A stretch of DNA of 64,000 nt from Laetmonice hystrix (Eukaryota), in NCBI GenBank assembly GCA_965235115.1, contig OZ249436.1:39930001-39994000 (forward strand), given 5' to 3'. Positions 40,720 to 53,132 of the stretch are shown here, piece after piece. The notes below the pieces were generated by a model, which did no database searches, was not told the DNA's origin, and saw only the letters and a program-made list of their open reading frames with translations. Made by a program: the position numbers and the translations under genes. The first letter of the stretch is position 1; each line of letters opens with the position of its first letter.

Positions 40720-41285
40720 GTCCGTCGCCAGACGGGAATCCGCCCGTCGAACACATGCCCGACGAGATAGTGGAACACTTGTAGGGGAGGGAGTTCAGCC
40801 AGGTTCACACTTCTGACGCATACCTACGCCGACTGACCAGCGCGATAAGTCGCCTACCGTCGGCGACTTTAAACACTGACGACCTCCCGGCCTCAAAGTA
40901 TGAACACTCCAACGACGTCGTCGCTGACCTTACCTCGGTCTCTTTTTAGTCTTGCTGGGGTCAAGGACAAGGGTCATGATGCTGGATTCCCATTGGACAG
41001 TTTGGCCAGACGCCCAGCGACTAGTCGCTGAAATGAACTCTGGCCATTTTAGAAAAATCAGTAGACAACTGCATGGAAATTCGTCGCTCAGCGATCATTG
41101 ACGCCGACCAACGCCTACTGGTCGTCTACGAGTAGACGTAGAGTCGGCGTCAAATTGTCAGCTGGTGAGTCGGCGTAGGTAGGCGTAAAAAGTATGAACC
41201 GGCCTTAAACCATCTGTCCAATCAGTCGGCCTTCACGTGTGCCGAGTAGTTCGTTTGACGGGCAGATTTCCGGCTGGCGACAGAA
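40720..41285. mobile_element. MITE containing a nested Harbinger-like MITE (40797-41205)
   Basis: Outer GTCGCCAG..AATCCGCCCGTCGAAC / GTTTGACGGGCAGATT..CTGGCGAC. Inner GGTTCACACTT..CCTACGCCGAC / GTCGGCGTAGG..AAGTATGAACC. Confidence 0.7.
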
Positions 41286-41304
41286 ACGGCGTGTCATAAT
41301 TCAA

Positions 41305-41423
41305 AGTCGATAATAACGACGTCGATAATTTTAACATAGAAGTGAATGGTTGCTAGGTCGTTATTTTTGACCTAGCAACCCATTCACTTCTATGTTAAAT
41401 TATGGACGTCGTTATTTTCGACT
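41305..41423. repeat. Near-perfect ~119-bp palindrome (hairpin MITE)
   Basis: Arms AGTCGA.AATAACGACGTC..TAACATAGAAGTGAATGGTTGCTAGGTC around a ~9-nt loop. Confidence 0.85.
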
Positions 41424-42197
41424 ATTTAGTAAAACAGGGCTCACCAAACCTCAGTCGCAAAATGTCAATAGACAAGGTGGGTAAAATCAGCGAAGAAGAC
41501 GCTGTAAACGGACGAGGCTTTTGAATTTGAAGGAAGATTGACAATTTTGTTGTCTGGGCTCTGATCTCTGGCGACCTATTGAAATTTAGGTTAGATAATG
41601 GCTCAGGGTTTCTGTCAAATCGACACTGCACAATTATACACTCTCATTGGCCGAGCACGCCTGCCAACTCTATACCAATGACCTGGCATGGAGGCGTGAA
41701 CGGGAACTCACGTGATATGCGTCAAACTGTGAGGTCACGCGTTGCTTTTTAAATTGCCGTCGTAATCTCAACCTCTCTAATGAAATTGCTGCTTAGGCTG
41801 TATCAAAGCGACGCGTGCGAGTCCCTCGAGACTTCGTGTCAGTTACGTACGGTTTAGAAGTGAGGGAGAGGGCAGGCTGAACTCAGAAGACAATATTACA
41901 AAACGTCTATCAAATATAAGCATTGTTGATTTTTTCCCCTGCATGCTGTCGGAATAATTTATAGTTTTAAAAATTGCCAAAGAAAGCCGAAATTTGTTGA
42001 AGCGAGACAATAAATCATATTTCTAGATCCCAGACTTTCGCATCATGCCATGTGGAATGACTGAGGATAAAAATATGATAGATGGCGTGCAAATCCTCCT
42101 TTCGTGAAATCGCATACGTCTCTGCCAAAGACTCGGTTTGACAGCGCTGAATGATTATTCAGTCACACAATCACACTAGGCCACCGATTCTTTTTCC

Positions 42198-43026
42198 TTG
42201 AATACCCAGTGAAGTGTTCGTAAGATGTGAAATACTCAGTGCTGTGTTTGTAAAATGGTGACTACCCAGTGCTGTGTTTGTATAAGATGTTGAATACCCA
42301 GTGCTGTGTTTGTAAAATGGTGACTACCCAGTGAAGTGTTCGTAAGATGTTGAATACCCAGTGAAGTGTTCGTAAGATGTTGAATACCCAGTGAAGTGTT
42401 CGTAAGATGTTGAATACCCAGTGATGTGTTTGTAAAATGTTGACTACCCAGTGCTGTGTTTGTATAAGATGTTGAATACCCAGTGCTGTGTTTGTAAAAT
42501 GTTGACTACCCAGTGCTGTGTTTGTATAAGATGTTGAATACCCAGTGCTGTGTTTGTAAAATGGTGACTACCCAGTGCTGTGTTTGTAAAATGGTGACTA
42601 CCCAGTGCTGTGTTTGTATAAGATGTTGAATACCCAGTGATGTGTTTGTAAAATGTTGAAGACCCAGTGCTGTGTTTGTATAAGATGTTGAATACCCAGT
42701 GCTGTGTTTGTAAAGTGTTGAAGACCCAGTGATGTGTTTGTATAAGATGTTGAATACCCAGTGCTGTGTTTGTAAAATGTTGAAGACCCAGTGATGTGTT
42801 TGGAAAATGTTAAATATTCAGTGAAGTGTTTGTAAGAAATGTTGAATACCCAGTGATGTGTTTGTAAGATTGAATACCCAGTGATGTGTTTGTAAGATGT
42901 TGAATATTCAGTGATGTGTTTGTAAAATGTCAATACCCAGTGATGGGGTTGTAAAATGTTGAATAACCAGTGCTGTGTTTGTAAAATGGTACCCAGTGCT
43001 GTCGTTGTATGATGTTGAATACCCAG
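42198..43026. repeat. 30-32 bp minisatellite
   Basis: Variants of TACCCAGTGCTGTGTTTGTA(TA)ARATGTTGAA. Confidence 0.95.
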
Positions 43027-44155
43027 AGGAATTCTTCGTGACAGCCGGTCGATCACTAGCAAACGTACTTTAGGCTGGACTTTTAGCTCTTGATGGAATC
43101 TTGAGCATGAGGCCTTATTTTCAATCTTGTCAACTTCCCCCCGGCGTACCACTGTTTACCCCAAGGACAAAGTTAGACTATATCTACCTAAAAGATCCAA
43201 AGTTTTGCAACAGTACAGTTAAAAGACTCAAGGACCTCGACGAATGGGAGTTTCCGTTAATGACCTTCCACAGAGGCTGCAAGGTAACAAAACGGTAATG
43301 TATAGTTGAAAGCATTCTCAAGCTGGCTTCAAGCAAAGGCCCACCGTCCAGATACGCGGCTTTTATAAAAGGCTGGACCTCGCGAAGGGGGTCCCTTTCG
43401 GTTAGAGCACTTTTGAAATGGTCATTTCCAGTTCACTAATCCTTTCCCCCTGCCTTTTCTAAAGAAACTGTGCAGTTTACGAGCTCAAATTGGTCTCGTA
43501 TTCCCCATAGATACAGTTATCAAGGTCTCGCTTATTTCTGCACATAAAGTCTCGGGGAGGAAAGCAATTTATCGAGGATAATAAAGTGTCTGTATTGTGT
43601 AGAAAGGCAATGTTCTCAGTATAAACACGTAACGAGATGAGGGTCCTTTACGGCGGAAAGTATGGAACTAGATGCCTGTGCATGAATACAATACAATACA
43701 TGAATACAATATAATACATTGATGTTTTGAGAGTACTCGGATGTGGCGCGGCAATGCTGGCTGCTGTTTTGAGAGTACTCGGATGTGGCGCGGCAATGCT
43801 GGCTGCTGTTTGAGAGTACTCGGATGTGGCGCGGCAACGCTGCGGGAAAGGGCGACGCACAACGCCGAGATTGATACAACTGAATTTCATAGAATTGTTT
43901 CCACTTAGGCGATGCGGCAAAAATACCTAATTGACCCGGCTGCGGCCGACGCACAGGGGAAAAATCCGTTGCAAAAATAGTATTCGAAGCGATTAACCGC
44001 AGCGGAGCGTAGGTCATACCACTGTGTGGTGGCATAACATCCAAAGTCCGGGGACCTCATCTTGCTACAGAAGCACACCCAACAAGTACATTTGGGCCAG
44101 AATATGAAAGTGGACGTGATAAGGAGTAGGTACTCGCCTACCTGCCTTGAGCGAC

Positions 44156-44262
44156 ATGGCATATTCCATTGAAAGATTGATAGTATAGAGGTTGAGAAAC
44201 ACCCCAGCCTCTATGACAAGTCCATGGCAGAGTACAAGGATGTTGAAAGGAAAGTGATGGTA
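44156..44262 (+). pseudogene. MADF-domain N-terminal fragment (Harbinger-associated)
   Basis: MAYSIERLI/EVEKHPSLYDKSMAEYKDVERK matches the MADF pattern LI..V...P.LYD.....YKD, with one frameshift. It is preceded by a triplicated ~39-bp unit at ~43725-43840. Confidence 0.6.
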
Positions 44263-44300
44263 CTCTCCGTAATATGTTTCCCCCTCCTGCAGTAAGTCAT

Positions 44301-46580
44301 GGCTGCGTTCACACTTGTTACGCCTTCGTTCCGACTTCCCTATACCGAAATACCGAATACGATTTCGCTATTTCGGTTGGGGTCACACTGCAGTTGAAAC
44401 CGACATCGATCCGACATCGATCCGAAATGATCGGCGTCACACTCAATCCGCAATAGACACCACGCCACCTATACTTTAGATAAAGAACTGCAATCGGGGT
44501 GAAGGTCATTTAATTCCAAGATGGATGCGCCCATGGATACGAATATAAACAATCGCAAGGCATGTGATGCATTGGCTGTGCTGCAGGCATGTGATGCATT
44601 GGCTGTGCTGCAGGCATAGGAGGCATTGGCTGTGCTGCAGGCATGGCTGGTGGTGGGTGGACATTACCCATGTTACCTGTTAATGGAAAGGGATCATGAT
44701 CACGCTCTGGGGTTTCACACTGCAGCACACAGGAAGCAAAGGCATGGAATTAATTGAAGGGTCACTGAAAAGGAAGCAACTGACTGCAGTTTTCCATTCT
44801 GAACAAAGATACGAGTACGAGAAGTCGCCTCCAAATTGCGAATTTTCGGCCCCACAATCACATACTGAGGGGTCTCCTTTTGTACTTCATGCACTTTCTT
44901 GTTGACCCAGGAAACAGACACTTACCGGTACCAGGTGTATTTCCAAAATACCCCATCATCATCTGCATCATTTTGAGCTGCTGTTGAAACTCTTGTTCTC
45001 TGAATGCTTTCTCAGCTTCAAGTTGTTGCTGTCTCATTTTTCCTTCATTCTCACGGAACTCTTTTTGGGCTTGGTCTTGCCTCATGATGAAATCTTGCAT
45101 AATTTCAACAAGGTCCTCACCAGACTTACGTTTCCTCTTCCCTTTTCCTTTTCTTGAGAAATCTGAAACAAAATACCGGTAATACATGTAAGCAGGTGAG
45201 GTAAGTGTTTATTACAAATGAATATTATTTTGGCTAGAACTTTGCCCCATTAATAGAACTTAGCCCCATCAATGGCCTAGTGAACCCAACAGAGAAAATG
45301 ATACAAACCATTAACAGATGTTTTCTTAATACCGACATCAGCAGTACTTGGCCCAGGATCGGGAGTGGGTTCCGACGTTTTTTTGGTCGATTTTGCAGAG
45401 CCCACGCTTACTGTTGATGCATTTGAGAGACTCGAAGCAGGCCTCCCAGTTTCCAACTCCAGGAATGTGTTCTCTTGCATGGATCCTGAAATAAAATGTT
45501 TCAGTGCAGCTATGGATGCAGGAATGAAAGAAATCAACGTGGCCCCTCACATCTATCTTGTCGATCTTCCAGAGGGTAGGTTTAGGCCTAGTGACGGATG
45601 TCATTTTATGTCATTGACACTTAGCTTTTGCCAAAATGTGTGATGGAGAGGACTGTGGCAGGCTTAGACTGTGATCAAGTGCAGTGACTGACGTGGGTGT
45701 GAATGGGAGGGGCAATTAGGGAGGGGGATGCCAGGCTCCAGTACTAGTATGTACAACCTACCTGTAGAAACATCAGCTAGGCCTGATTCCTCTCCATCGG
45801 AATCCGAACCGCCATGTTGACTGCCTTGCTCTCCATTTCCCCTACCACGATCAGGCCTGGGCAAGGACATGGTATTGACGAGCGACTCAGGGTTGTGGAT
45901 TGGCCGATGTCCAAGAACGTCACTTAAGATCTCCCATTCTTCTTCTGTGAGACCGCCGTATCGGCCCCCGGAAGTACCCGACCTTGCCATGTTATCCTTA
46001 GCTTTCGTCCACTTGCCGCGCAGGCCCTTTATCTTGCTGCGGCACTAGGCTCCCGTCCTGTTGAAGCCCCCTTTTGTATTTAAAAGGGCAGCAACCTGGT
46101 CATATACCGGCGTGTTGTGGTGCACGCCAGCCAGTTGGCCCTCCACATCCTGATCACGCCAAATCTGCAAGAGCAGTAGCCTAGCTCTCTGGGATACCCC
46201 AAGTTTCGCCTCTCGCCGCCATAACAGCAACCGCAAACAAGGGCCCAAACAACAACGCGTGTACCTACAAAATCCTGACAACAAGAGCACGTTTTCTCCA
46301 CAGCCAGAAACGGAAATACAGGTGACATTGGCTACTGCGCCTGCGTGGCTTGATGAGTCATCACGTTTTACAGCCTGTTGCGGAATAAGTGCGTCACACT
46401 CAGATTGTATTGCGGCGTAGCTGTATCGCTACTGTTGTGGCGCATCGAAGTCGACACAAGTAACTGGTTTCGCTAGAGCGGTACAAAATGGTTTTGTGCC
46501 GATTCAAGTGTGACGTACCGAAGTGGAATAACGCCTTATTTCGATTTCGATTCGGTATAAACCCCCAGTGTGAACGCAGC
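44301..46580 (-). mobile_element. Harbinger-like element lacking a transposase but carrying a Myb/SANT gene
   Basis: TIR GCTGCGTTCACACT / AGTGTGAACGCAGC, subterminal TATACCGAA motifs, and an internal spliced Myb/SANT gene. TSD not clean. Confidence 0.75.
44510..46222 (-). pseudogene. Four-exon Myb/SANT-like (trihelix) DNA-binding gene, disabled
   Basis: Exons 46222-45762, 45485-45333, 45162-44926 and 44676-44510, with all introns GT-AG phase 1. Protein: MAARGETWGIPE/ARLLLLQIWRDQDVEGQL..HNTPVYDQVA..RTGA*CRSKIKGL.., then a coiled-coil/Q-rich segment and a PAAQPM tail. One +1 frameshift near 46186 and an in-frame TAG at 46045-47 where consensus has Q. Confidence 0.8.
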
Positions 46581-46859
46581 AGACCTTATGACTTCGCTTT
46601 CTCTTCCTTGTTTAGCCATACAGGTAGAACGCCAAAATATGGGTAAGGCCTAAACTCTGAGTCCGACATGTCTCACACCTCAAGGGGAGTTAATGACGAC
46701 CGTTTTGCACTTTTCTGCCTCAGTGGGAACACGTTACCTAATCAGGGCCGCCGCGATTTCCCGTCGCGGGAATTCGCGACGTTTTTGGCAGAGCGACAAA
46801 ACGCGCTAGTGGGTTCAGTATTCTCGGGCTGGCGGTTATCAGCGCGATAATATTTGTCA

Positions 46860-47540
46860 AATAGTGAAATTTTTGTACGATGGCTTCACGTGTTAATGAT
46901 GATGGATGATGGATGACGCAGTTATCTTGGCAGGCTCGAGCGAGCGTCTTCTAGAGAACTTAAAAATCCTCGACGAACGGTATGAAAATGAATGAGCGCC
47001 CCAGTTTATGGTTATCAATGGTAGTGATCATGACAAACTCACCATCACCCTGGGAAGTATCGTCATACGTCAATGTGTGTGAAGTTTGTCGACCTGGGAT
47101 GCATACCTATTTACAGAGGATAGTATACGGCATCTTCTCTCCATGAACACGTTATTAGTAAACAGAGTCACCTGAATAAACATATTATTTTTCTCCGCAA
47201 GAATATGGATTTTCCATTTGCAGTGAAAAGGAAAGTGGTAGAGACAGCCTTTAATGCTGCTATCCTGTATGGATGCAAAGGCTGGATTGATGTCGGCTAT
47301 ATAGAGAAATCACCATGCTAGCCCCATTATGTGACAGCTCTGAAATACTTGGTGTACATCCCATTACCCCAAACCATTTATGCCTGCTTTGGCTCGGCCT
47401 CCTGACCTTACAAGCTGAAATCTATTTTAGGTAAGCAAGATTCTGTAGGAAGATGTTGTCAGAAAGAGCTGACATGCAGGACGATCCTCCAGTGATCTCT
47501 CTTGAACTGACGAAACAACACAACCCGAAGACATAATGTT
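46860..47540 (+). mobile_element. Highly degenerate LINE RT/3' fragment with an LMMDD-type catalytic motif (clade uncertain)
   Basis: Hand translation gives HVLMMMDD..AVILAGSSERLLENLKIL...GMKMNE, followed by LRKNMDFPFAVKRKVVETAFNAAILYGCKGW, a typical post-RT LINE motif. Confidence 0.65.
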
Positions 47541-47543
47541 GAA

Positions 47544-48150
47544 ACGTTTATGGCACGCCAAACCCGAAAATATTCAAGACTCGAAAATATTTTTCTGAAT
47601 ATCAAGAAGTAAAATTTTTACACAACATTTACAAAATGTATTCAAGATATTCAAAATATATATTTAAGATCTGTATTTGCTATTCAAGATTTTCAAAATG
47701 CATTTAAAGTTACAAATTATCTGATTCTTGTATATGGAAAAATTCTTGAATATCAAATATGAAAAAGAAAAATTGTTGAATTCATTCATTCCGGTTTTGG
47801 TCGGTTTCAATACATTCTGCAGGTTTCGGTGTTTAGTGGGACTGTTGCCTATATGGCGTAGCCTATACGGCTGCTGTGCTGTCGTCCCAATGGCGCTCTT
47901 TTCACCGCGAGAAGGGTTCGGACTTGGGACGTCATCACTTTCGAGGTCACGTGAATCTTGAACGTTTTCTTGGCAAGAGAGAAATTTATATTCAAGACTT
48001 TTTTTATTCAAGATTTTTTTATATTCAAGATTTTTTTTATATTCAAGATTTTTTTCATATTCAAGATTTTTTCATATTCAAAAATCTTTCTTTTTCATAT
48101 TCCAATTTTTTTGATATTCAAGAATTTTTTCATATTCAAGATTATTTTTC
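47544..48150. repeat. ATTCAAGA-repeat element; an inverted partial copy lies at ~630-766
   Basis: TATGGCACGCCAAACCCGAA..TTCAAGACTCGAAAATATTTT at 47549 is the reverse complement of 716-760. Many ATATTCAAGATTTT units. Confidence 0.7.
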
Positions 48151-48364
48151 CTTTAAGAGGAGGTTTCGGCCTCAGGAGATTTTGGCCCAGAGGAGGGTTT
48201 GGCCCAGAGGAGGCCTATGGAAACCTAAAGATTGTGACGTCACAATTGATTTTGCAAATGATAGGAAACCCCGCCCTTGTCGGATATACACAGTCAGTCG
48301 CTATTAGTACACAGTTTCACCAGTAGGTTCCCGCCTGAAAAGGGTTTAACTAAATACCTGTAGC

Positions 48365-49565
48365 ACGGACTAGTCAAATCTGTAAGGTGATGGAGAGATT
48401 CGTTTTGGATATTCTTTGGAGGCATATCGATGAAAGTAATCTAATTACATGTGACCAGCACGGCTTTCAGAGGAAATGCTCCTGTATTACTCAGCTTGTT
48501 GAGTGTCTGTCGGATTGGGTTGCTACTGATATAATTTACTTGGACTTTAGTAAGGCAGTTGAGAGTGTACCCTACAAGAGGCTTCTTCACAAATTAAACC
48601 AAATGGGAATCAAAGGAAATTTCCATCGTTGGATAAGAGCCTTTCTCTCTAACAGACGGCAAAGAGTGGTTCTTCGTAATGGGTCCCCAGACTGGTCAGA
48701 TGTAGAAAGTGGCGTCCCGCAAGGTTCTATTTTAGGACCCGTGTTGTTTATTCTCTACGTTAACGATTTACCCGAAGCTGCTCAGTCATGTGCCAAACTG
48801 TTTGCTGACGATACGAAACTGTATTCAGAGATCAGAGATCTCCTGGATTGTTACGGACTTCAGAGTGATTTAAACAGCCTGTCTGCATGGGCGAAGATGT
48901 GGCTGGCTTATGAAATTTAATGCCGACAAGTGTGTGGTGCTCCAAATACGGTCTGCCGTTGAATATGTATACACACTAAACAGGGTTTATCTCCCAGAAG
49001 GATTTGGGGATTACTATTTCAAACTATTTAAAGCCAGCTGTGCACACATCAAATATAGTGTCAAAGGGTCGTTAAAAAATCGGAATGATAAGGAGATGTT
49101 TAAGCGCACTCAACACAGATAAAGCGACCATTCTGTTGAATGCCTTGATCAGGCCTGCCTTAGAATATAGTTCAACTGTATGGAACCCTCACTTAGCGAA
49201 ACACATTAATAATATTGATGCTTTGGAAAAGGTGCAAAGACAATTCTACAGACTCTGCCCGAATTCAGTACGCTAGCCAGTAGGAGGTGCAAAACGGATT
49301 TAACTGCGACATACAAGTTTCTGCATGAATCTTACAAGACCCCATCGGAAAAACTTTTCGAGCGTCCAAACAGGGATCTGAGGGGACATTCTTGGAAGCT
49401 GTTCAAACCTAGATGTGCTACAGATGTTGCTATGAATTTCTTCACACACCGTGTTATTGACGAATGGAACAGTCTTTTGGCTACGATAGTCAATGCGCCT
49501 TCAGTGGATTCTTTCAAAAGAAATTTGAGAGTCGTGCATAATGGCAATAACGGCTAATCTACCAA
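48365..49565 (+). mobile_element. 5'-truncated CR1-clade LINE remnant (RT to 3' end)
   Basis: QHGF...IIYLDFSKA...SGVPQGSILGPVLFILYVNDL...KLFADDTKLY, then IRPALEYSSTVWNP and LRGHSWKLFKP...FFTHRVIDEWNSL...SFKRNL. Several frameshifts. Confidence 0.9.
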
Positions 49566-50011
49566 GCATCTTCCTCATCACTATCATCGTCGCTCAAGAA
49601 TTCGGGCTCAAACCTATAAAGTTTTATAATATTACACTCTGTTGGGAATTCTGCAGCATCCACTTCGTCGTCCTGATCAGTAAAGAAGTTGTCTTCATAA
49701 AAAAAGGAACAGAATCGCTAGAAAGGTCGCTGCTACAGTCAGAATCCGATCCATCCGCCATACTTATCTAGTCTTCTCGGGAGGAACGCTATCGGAGGGA
49801 CTTCAACTCATGACGTCATCATCCGGGAACTGCCGCGAACGGTCAGTGCCTCTCGTATGTGTATTACGAGAGTGTATTCTGACAGTTTGCAATAAATGCC
49901 GATTTTTACCCAAAAATATATATATTGACATTTTTTCAACTTCACTGTGGGTGTTGTTGTTGTGTATCACATTTATATCCATAAAGTGAGTAGTTTGATT
50001 GCGGTGGCTCT
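49565..50011 (-). mobile_element. Possible Kolobok 5' end with acidic ORF start
   Basis: Terminus next to TTAA (50012-15). Minus-strand ATG at 49761 gives MADGSDSDCSSDL../YEDNFFTDQDDEVD..IKLYRFEPEFLSDDDSDEED. The YxFEP motif recalls the start of Kolobok accessory ORFs (from memory). Confidence 0.4.
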
Positions 50012-51956
50012 TTAATGGTCATAGCGAAAAAAAGATAGCTTCGGCCTGGTGGAAAAGCTGGCCGATGAAGAAAACCCATAGCCCCCCCCCCCCCCCCCCC
50101 CACACTGGTATCAAATGGTCAGCCCATAACTACGCGGACTTAGGACCTATGAATGTTATGTACTGTAGGTCCCAGAGAAACTCTTAAGAGTTTCGATATG
50201 TTTATAGCAGCAAGACTGTTTTTTGCGAGCAGTGTAGTTGAACTCCTAGGTCGACGTTGTTAGCGTTATACGATATACATACATGCACTGGCTTTTACAA
50301 CTAGAGAACGCCTCCAACAGCCTCGACCAGCCTGCAGCACGGGGCGCGCATGCGTGTTGACCGTAATTAAAATATTTGACCCCGAGTTCAGCCCAGTTCC
50401 ATTACATGGTATGGCAAGTGGCGTGCATGCTTCTATAGTTTTATTATTTTTTATTTAACAAAAAAAAAAAAAAAAAAAAAATTCAGTGATAGAAAACATT
50501 CAGGATATCCTTTCAATTTCATTTATTTGTGAATCGATTGGATTAACCCAAATTTCTTGTCGAATTACCTTTAATTTATTTATAAGTTATGGCGAAGACG
50601 AAGTGAGAAAGAAACCTGCAACAAGGATCAAATTCCGTAGACCATTCTGAGAAAAAAAACAGTGCTTCGGTGGTTCGTTTATTATGCCTCCTCGCAAAGA
50701 AATGGCACTGGGAGGACTGCGATCCGACACTCAATTAGCCAAACCATCTCTCCCCATTCTTATGCCTTTTCCCCAAGGATGTCTTAACCTAAAACAAAAT
50801 TTCACGGTGGCAAAATGAGTTGTTAAAAAGGTAATTGCAAGGCAAAGTTGTCTTTTAGTCTTCAACAAAAATGCAACTCATGAGACCAATTATGATTTCT
50901 TCTTAGAACTAAAGAGAGGCGGTCAATAGCACGTACGTCTCACGTAATGTACAAATTATGCTCAGCTCTTCGTAGTAAACAAAAATACATTGCATGGAAC
51001 GGGCAATAACGAAAATGAACAGCTGAGGTTATGTGGTGTTACATTAAATGTCAGAAGGCAAGAGCAAATTGGCTTGGGCAACATTGGACTCATACGGGGT
51101 TCTCCGAGGTGAATCCGAGATAGAGGACTGCCTACAGTCGCTGATTTCATCAGGAATATAGCCATCGGGGAAACTTGCTATGCATGCATGGTGAAAACCA
51201 CTGAAATGTGCCCCCCTCGATACGTATCGGTTGTATACATGTATTACGGACTGATTGGCTCGTGAGGGTTTTGGCTGGGAATCGATATGGCAGAGGTTTG
51301 TACACAGAATACTTCAGATATAGAGTGACCCTACACCAATCATATCCCGGGCTTCCTGTGTCCCCTTTCAGACGTCAGGGCATGGACGTCGCTATTGAGT
51401 GCCTTTTCGGAACCAATATCCGGTGCTGTTCCTATGTCCACGTCAGGCCGCTAAATCATTGTTCTGTAAGGGCACATTGCATAAACCTGTGATAAATGTT
51501 GGAGTGTATCCCTGTCGACCCTCCGACCCCGGCGTCAGCCTGAACTCAGAATTTCCCCCTCTATACACCCGTCTCCCGACAATAGTACACTGTTAGAAAA
51601 TTCTTTGGTAAAATAACAGAAAAGTGCCTGCAGCAGAGTCCCCATCACTTTCTGTATTTTTACAGTTGAAGTTAAAAATAAAGAAATCTGTGAACAGAAG
51701 TTACAATTTCATTGTTATTAAATAGTACTGAATTTTATCACAATTACAGATCATCTGTATTTAAACAAGTAATCTGTATTATGCTATGTACAGAAAGATT
51801 TGTAGTTTGCATTTACAACTCCCTGTAAAACCACAGAACTGCTGGGGACTCTGCTGCAGGCACTTTCTATAAAATTACAGCTGTACCATTTCAGCATAAA
51901 ATCGACTCAACTACCATATACTGTATTTTAAAAGTATTATTTATTAAAAAACAACA

Positions 51957-52462
51957 AAATCACTTGGCAACAATAATATTGCCTAGATACATGTACTGTG
52001 TACATGTATTTAAACCAGGTACGTTGGCTAGCAAAGGCCGCAAATTCACTTGGCAACAATAATATTGCCTAGATACATATACTGTGTACATGTATTTAAA
52101 CCAGGTACGTTGGCTAGCAAAGGCCACAAAATCACTTGGCAACAATAATATTGCCTAGATACATATACTGTGTACATGTATTTAAACCAGGTACGTTGGC
52201 TAGCAAAGGCCACAAAATCACTTGGCAACAATAATATTGCCTAGATACATATACTGTGTACATGTATTTAAACCAGGTACGTTGGCTAGCAAAGGCCACA
52301 AAATCACTTGGCAACAATAATATTGCCTAGATACTGTGTACATGTATTTAAACCAGGTTCGTTGGCTAGCAAAGGCCACAAAATCACTTGGCAACAATAA
52401 TATTGCCTATACATATACTGTGTACATACGGGTATATTTAAATCAGGTATGTTGGCTAGCAA
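51957..52462. repeat. 86-bp tandem repeat (~6 copies) inside the EnSpm-type element
   Basis: Near-identical ORFs offset by 86 bp. Unit AAATCACTTGGCAACAATAATATTGCCTAG.... Confidence 0.95.
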
Positions 52463-53132
52463 GGGCAATATCTGGGCCAGTTTGAGGGTATTAAATCTGA
52501 TGAATCTTCAATGAGAACTAAGGAAAACTACAACGATGTTTCAAGATGAACACTGAATTTTTAAAATCGGACCAAAAATGCAAGTTTTACCAAAACATTT
52601 AGATTGAAATACTGATTTAGAAATTATCGGAAGCTAGCATCACATAATTACATCCAAGAATAACTCTGCCTAGAGGCAAATACAGAAAAGAACAATTAAA
52701 GTGCTAACCCTGTCACAGCAAAAACAGAATATTTTGGAGGTCTTCATGCATAACACCTTGCTGTTGGACTGGTGAAAGCGAGAAGATATCTACAAGCACC
52801 CTAGTCACCTATTGAAAGAGGCTTTGAAACATGACAGGTACTCCTGAATGAGAATTAAGGAGAACTACAACGATGTTCCAAGATGCACATTAAACTTTTA
52901 AAATCAGACCAAAAATGCAAGTTTTACAAGAATTTTTAGATTGAAATACTGATTTTTAAATGATCGGAAGTTAGCATCACAGAAATACATCCAAGAATAA
53001 CTCAGAGGCAAATACAGAAAGAACAATCAATAACCCTGTAACAGTGAAAAAAACAGAGACACTTATATTGTGTTAAAATGAGTAGAGAAAATAAAACTTT
53101 TTAAGCCTAGATTCTCTGTCGGTGCCTATCAT

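Noticed and set aside
42598..43152. 184-aa ORF
   Set aside because: Translation of the 30-32 bp minisatellite.
47664..48326. F/I/K-rich ORFs
   Set aside because: Low-complexity ATTCAAGATTTT repeats.
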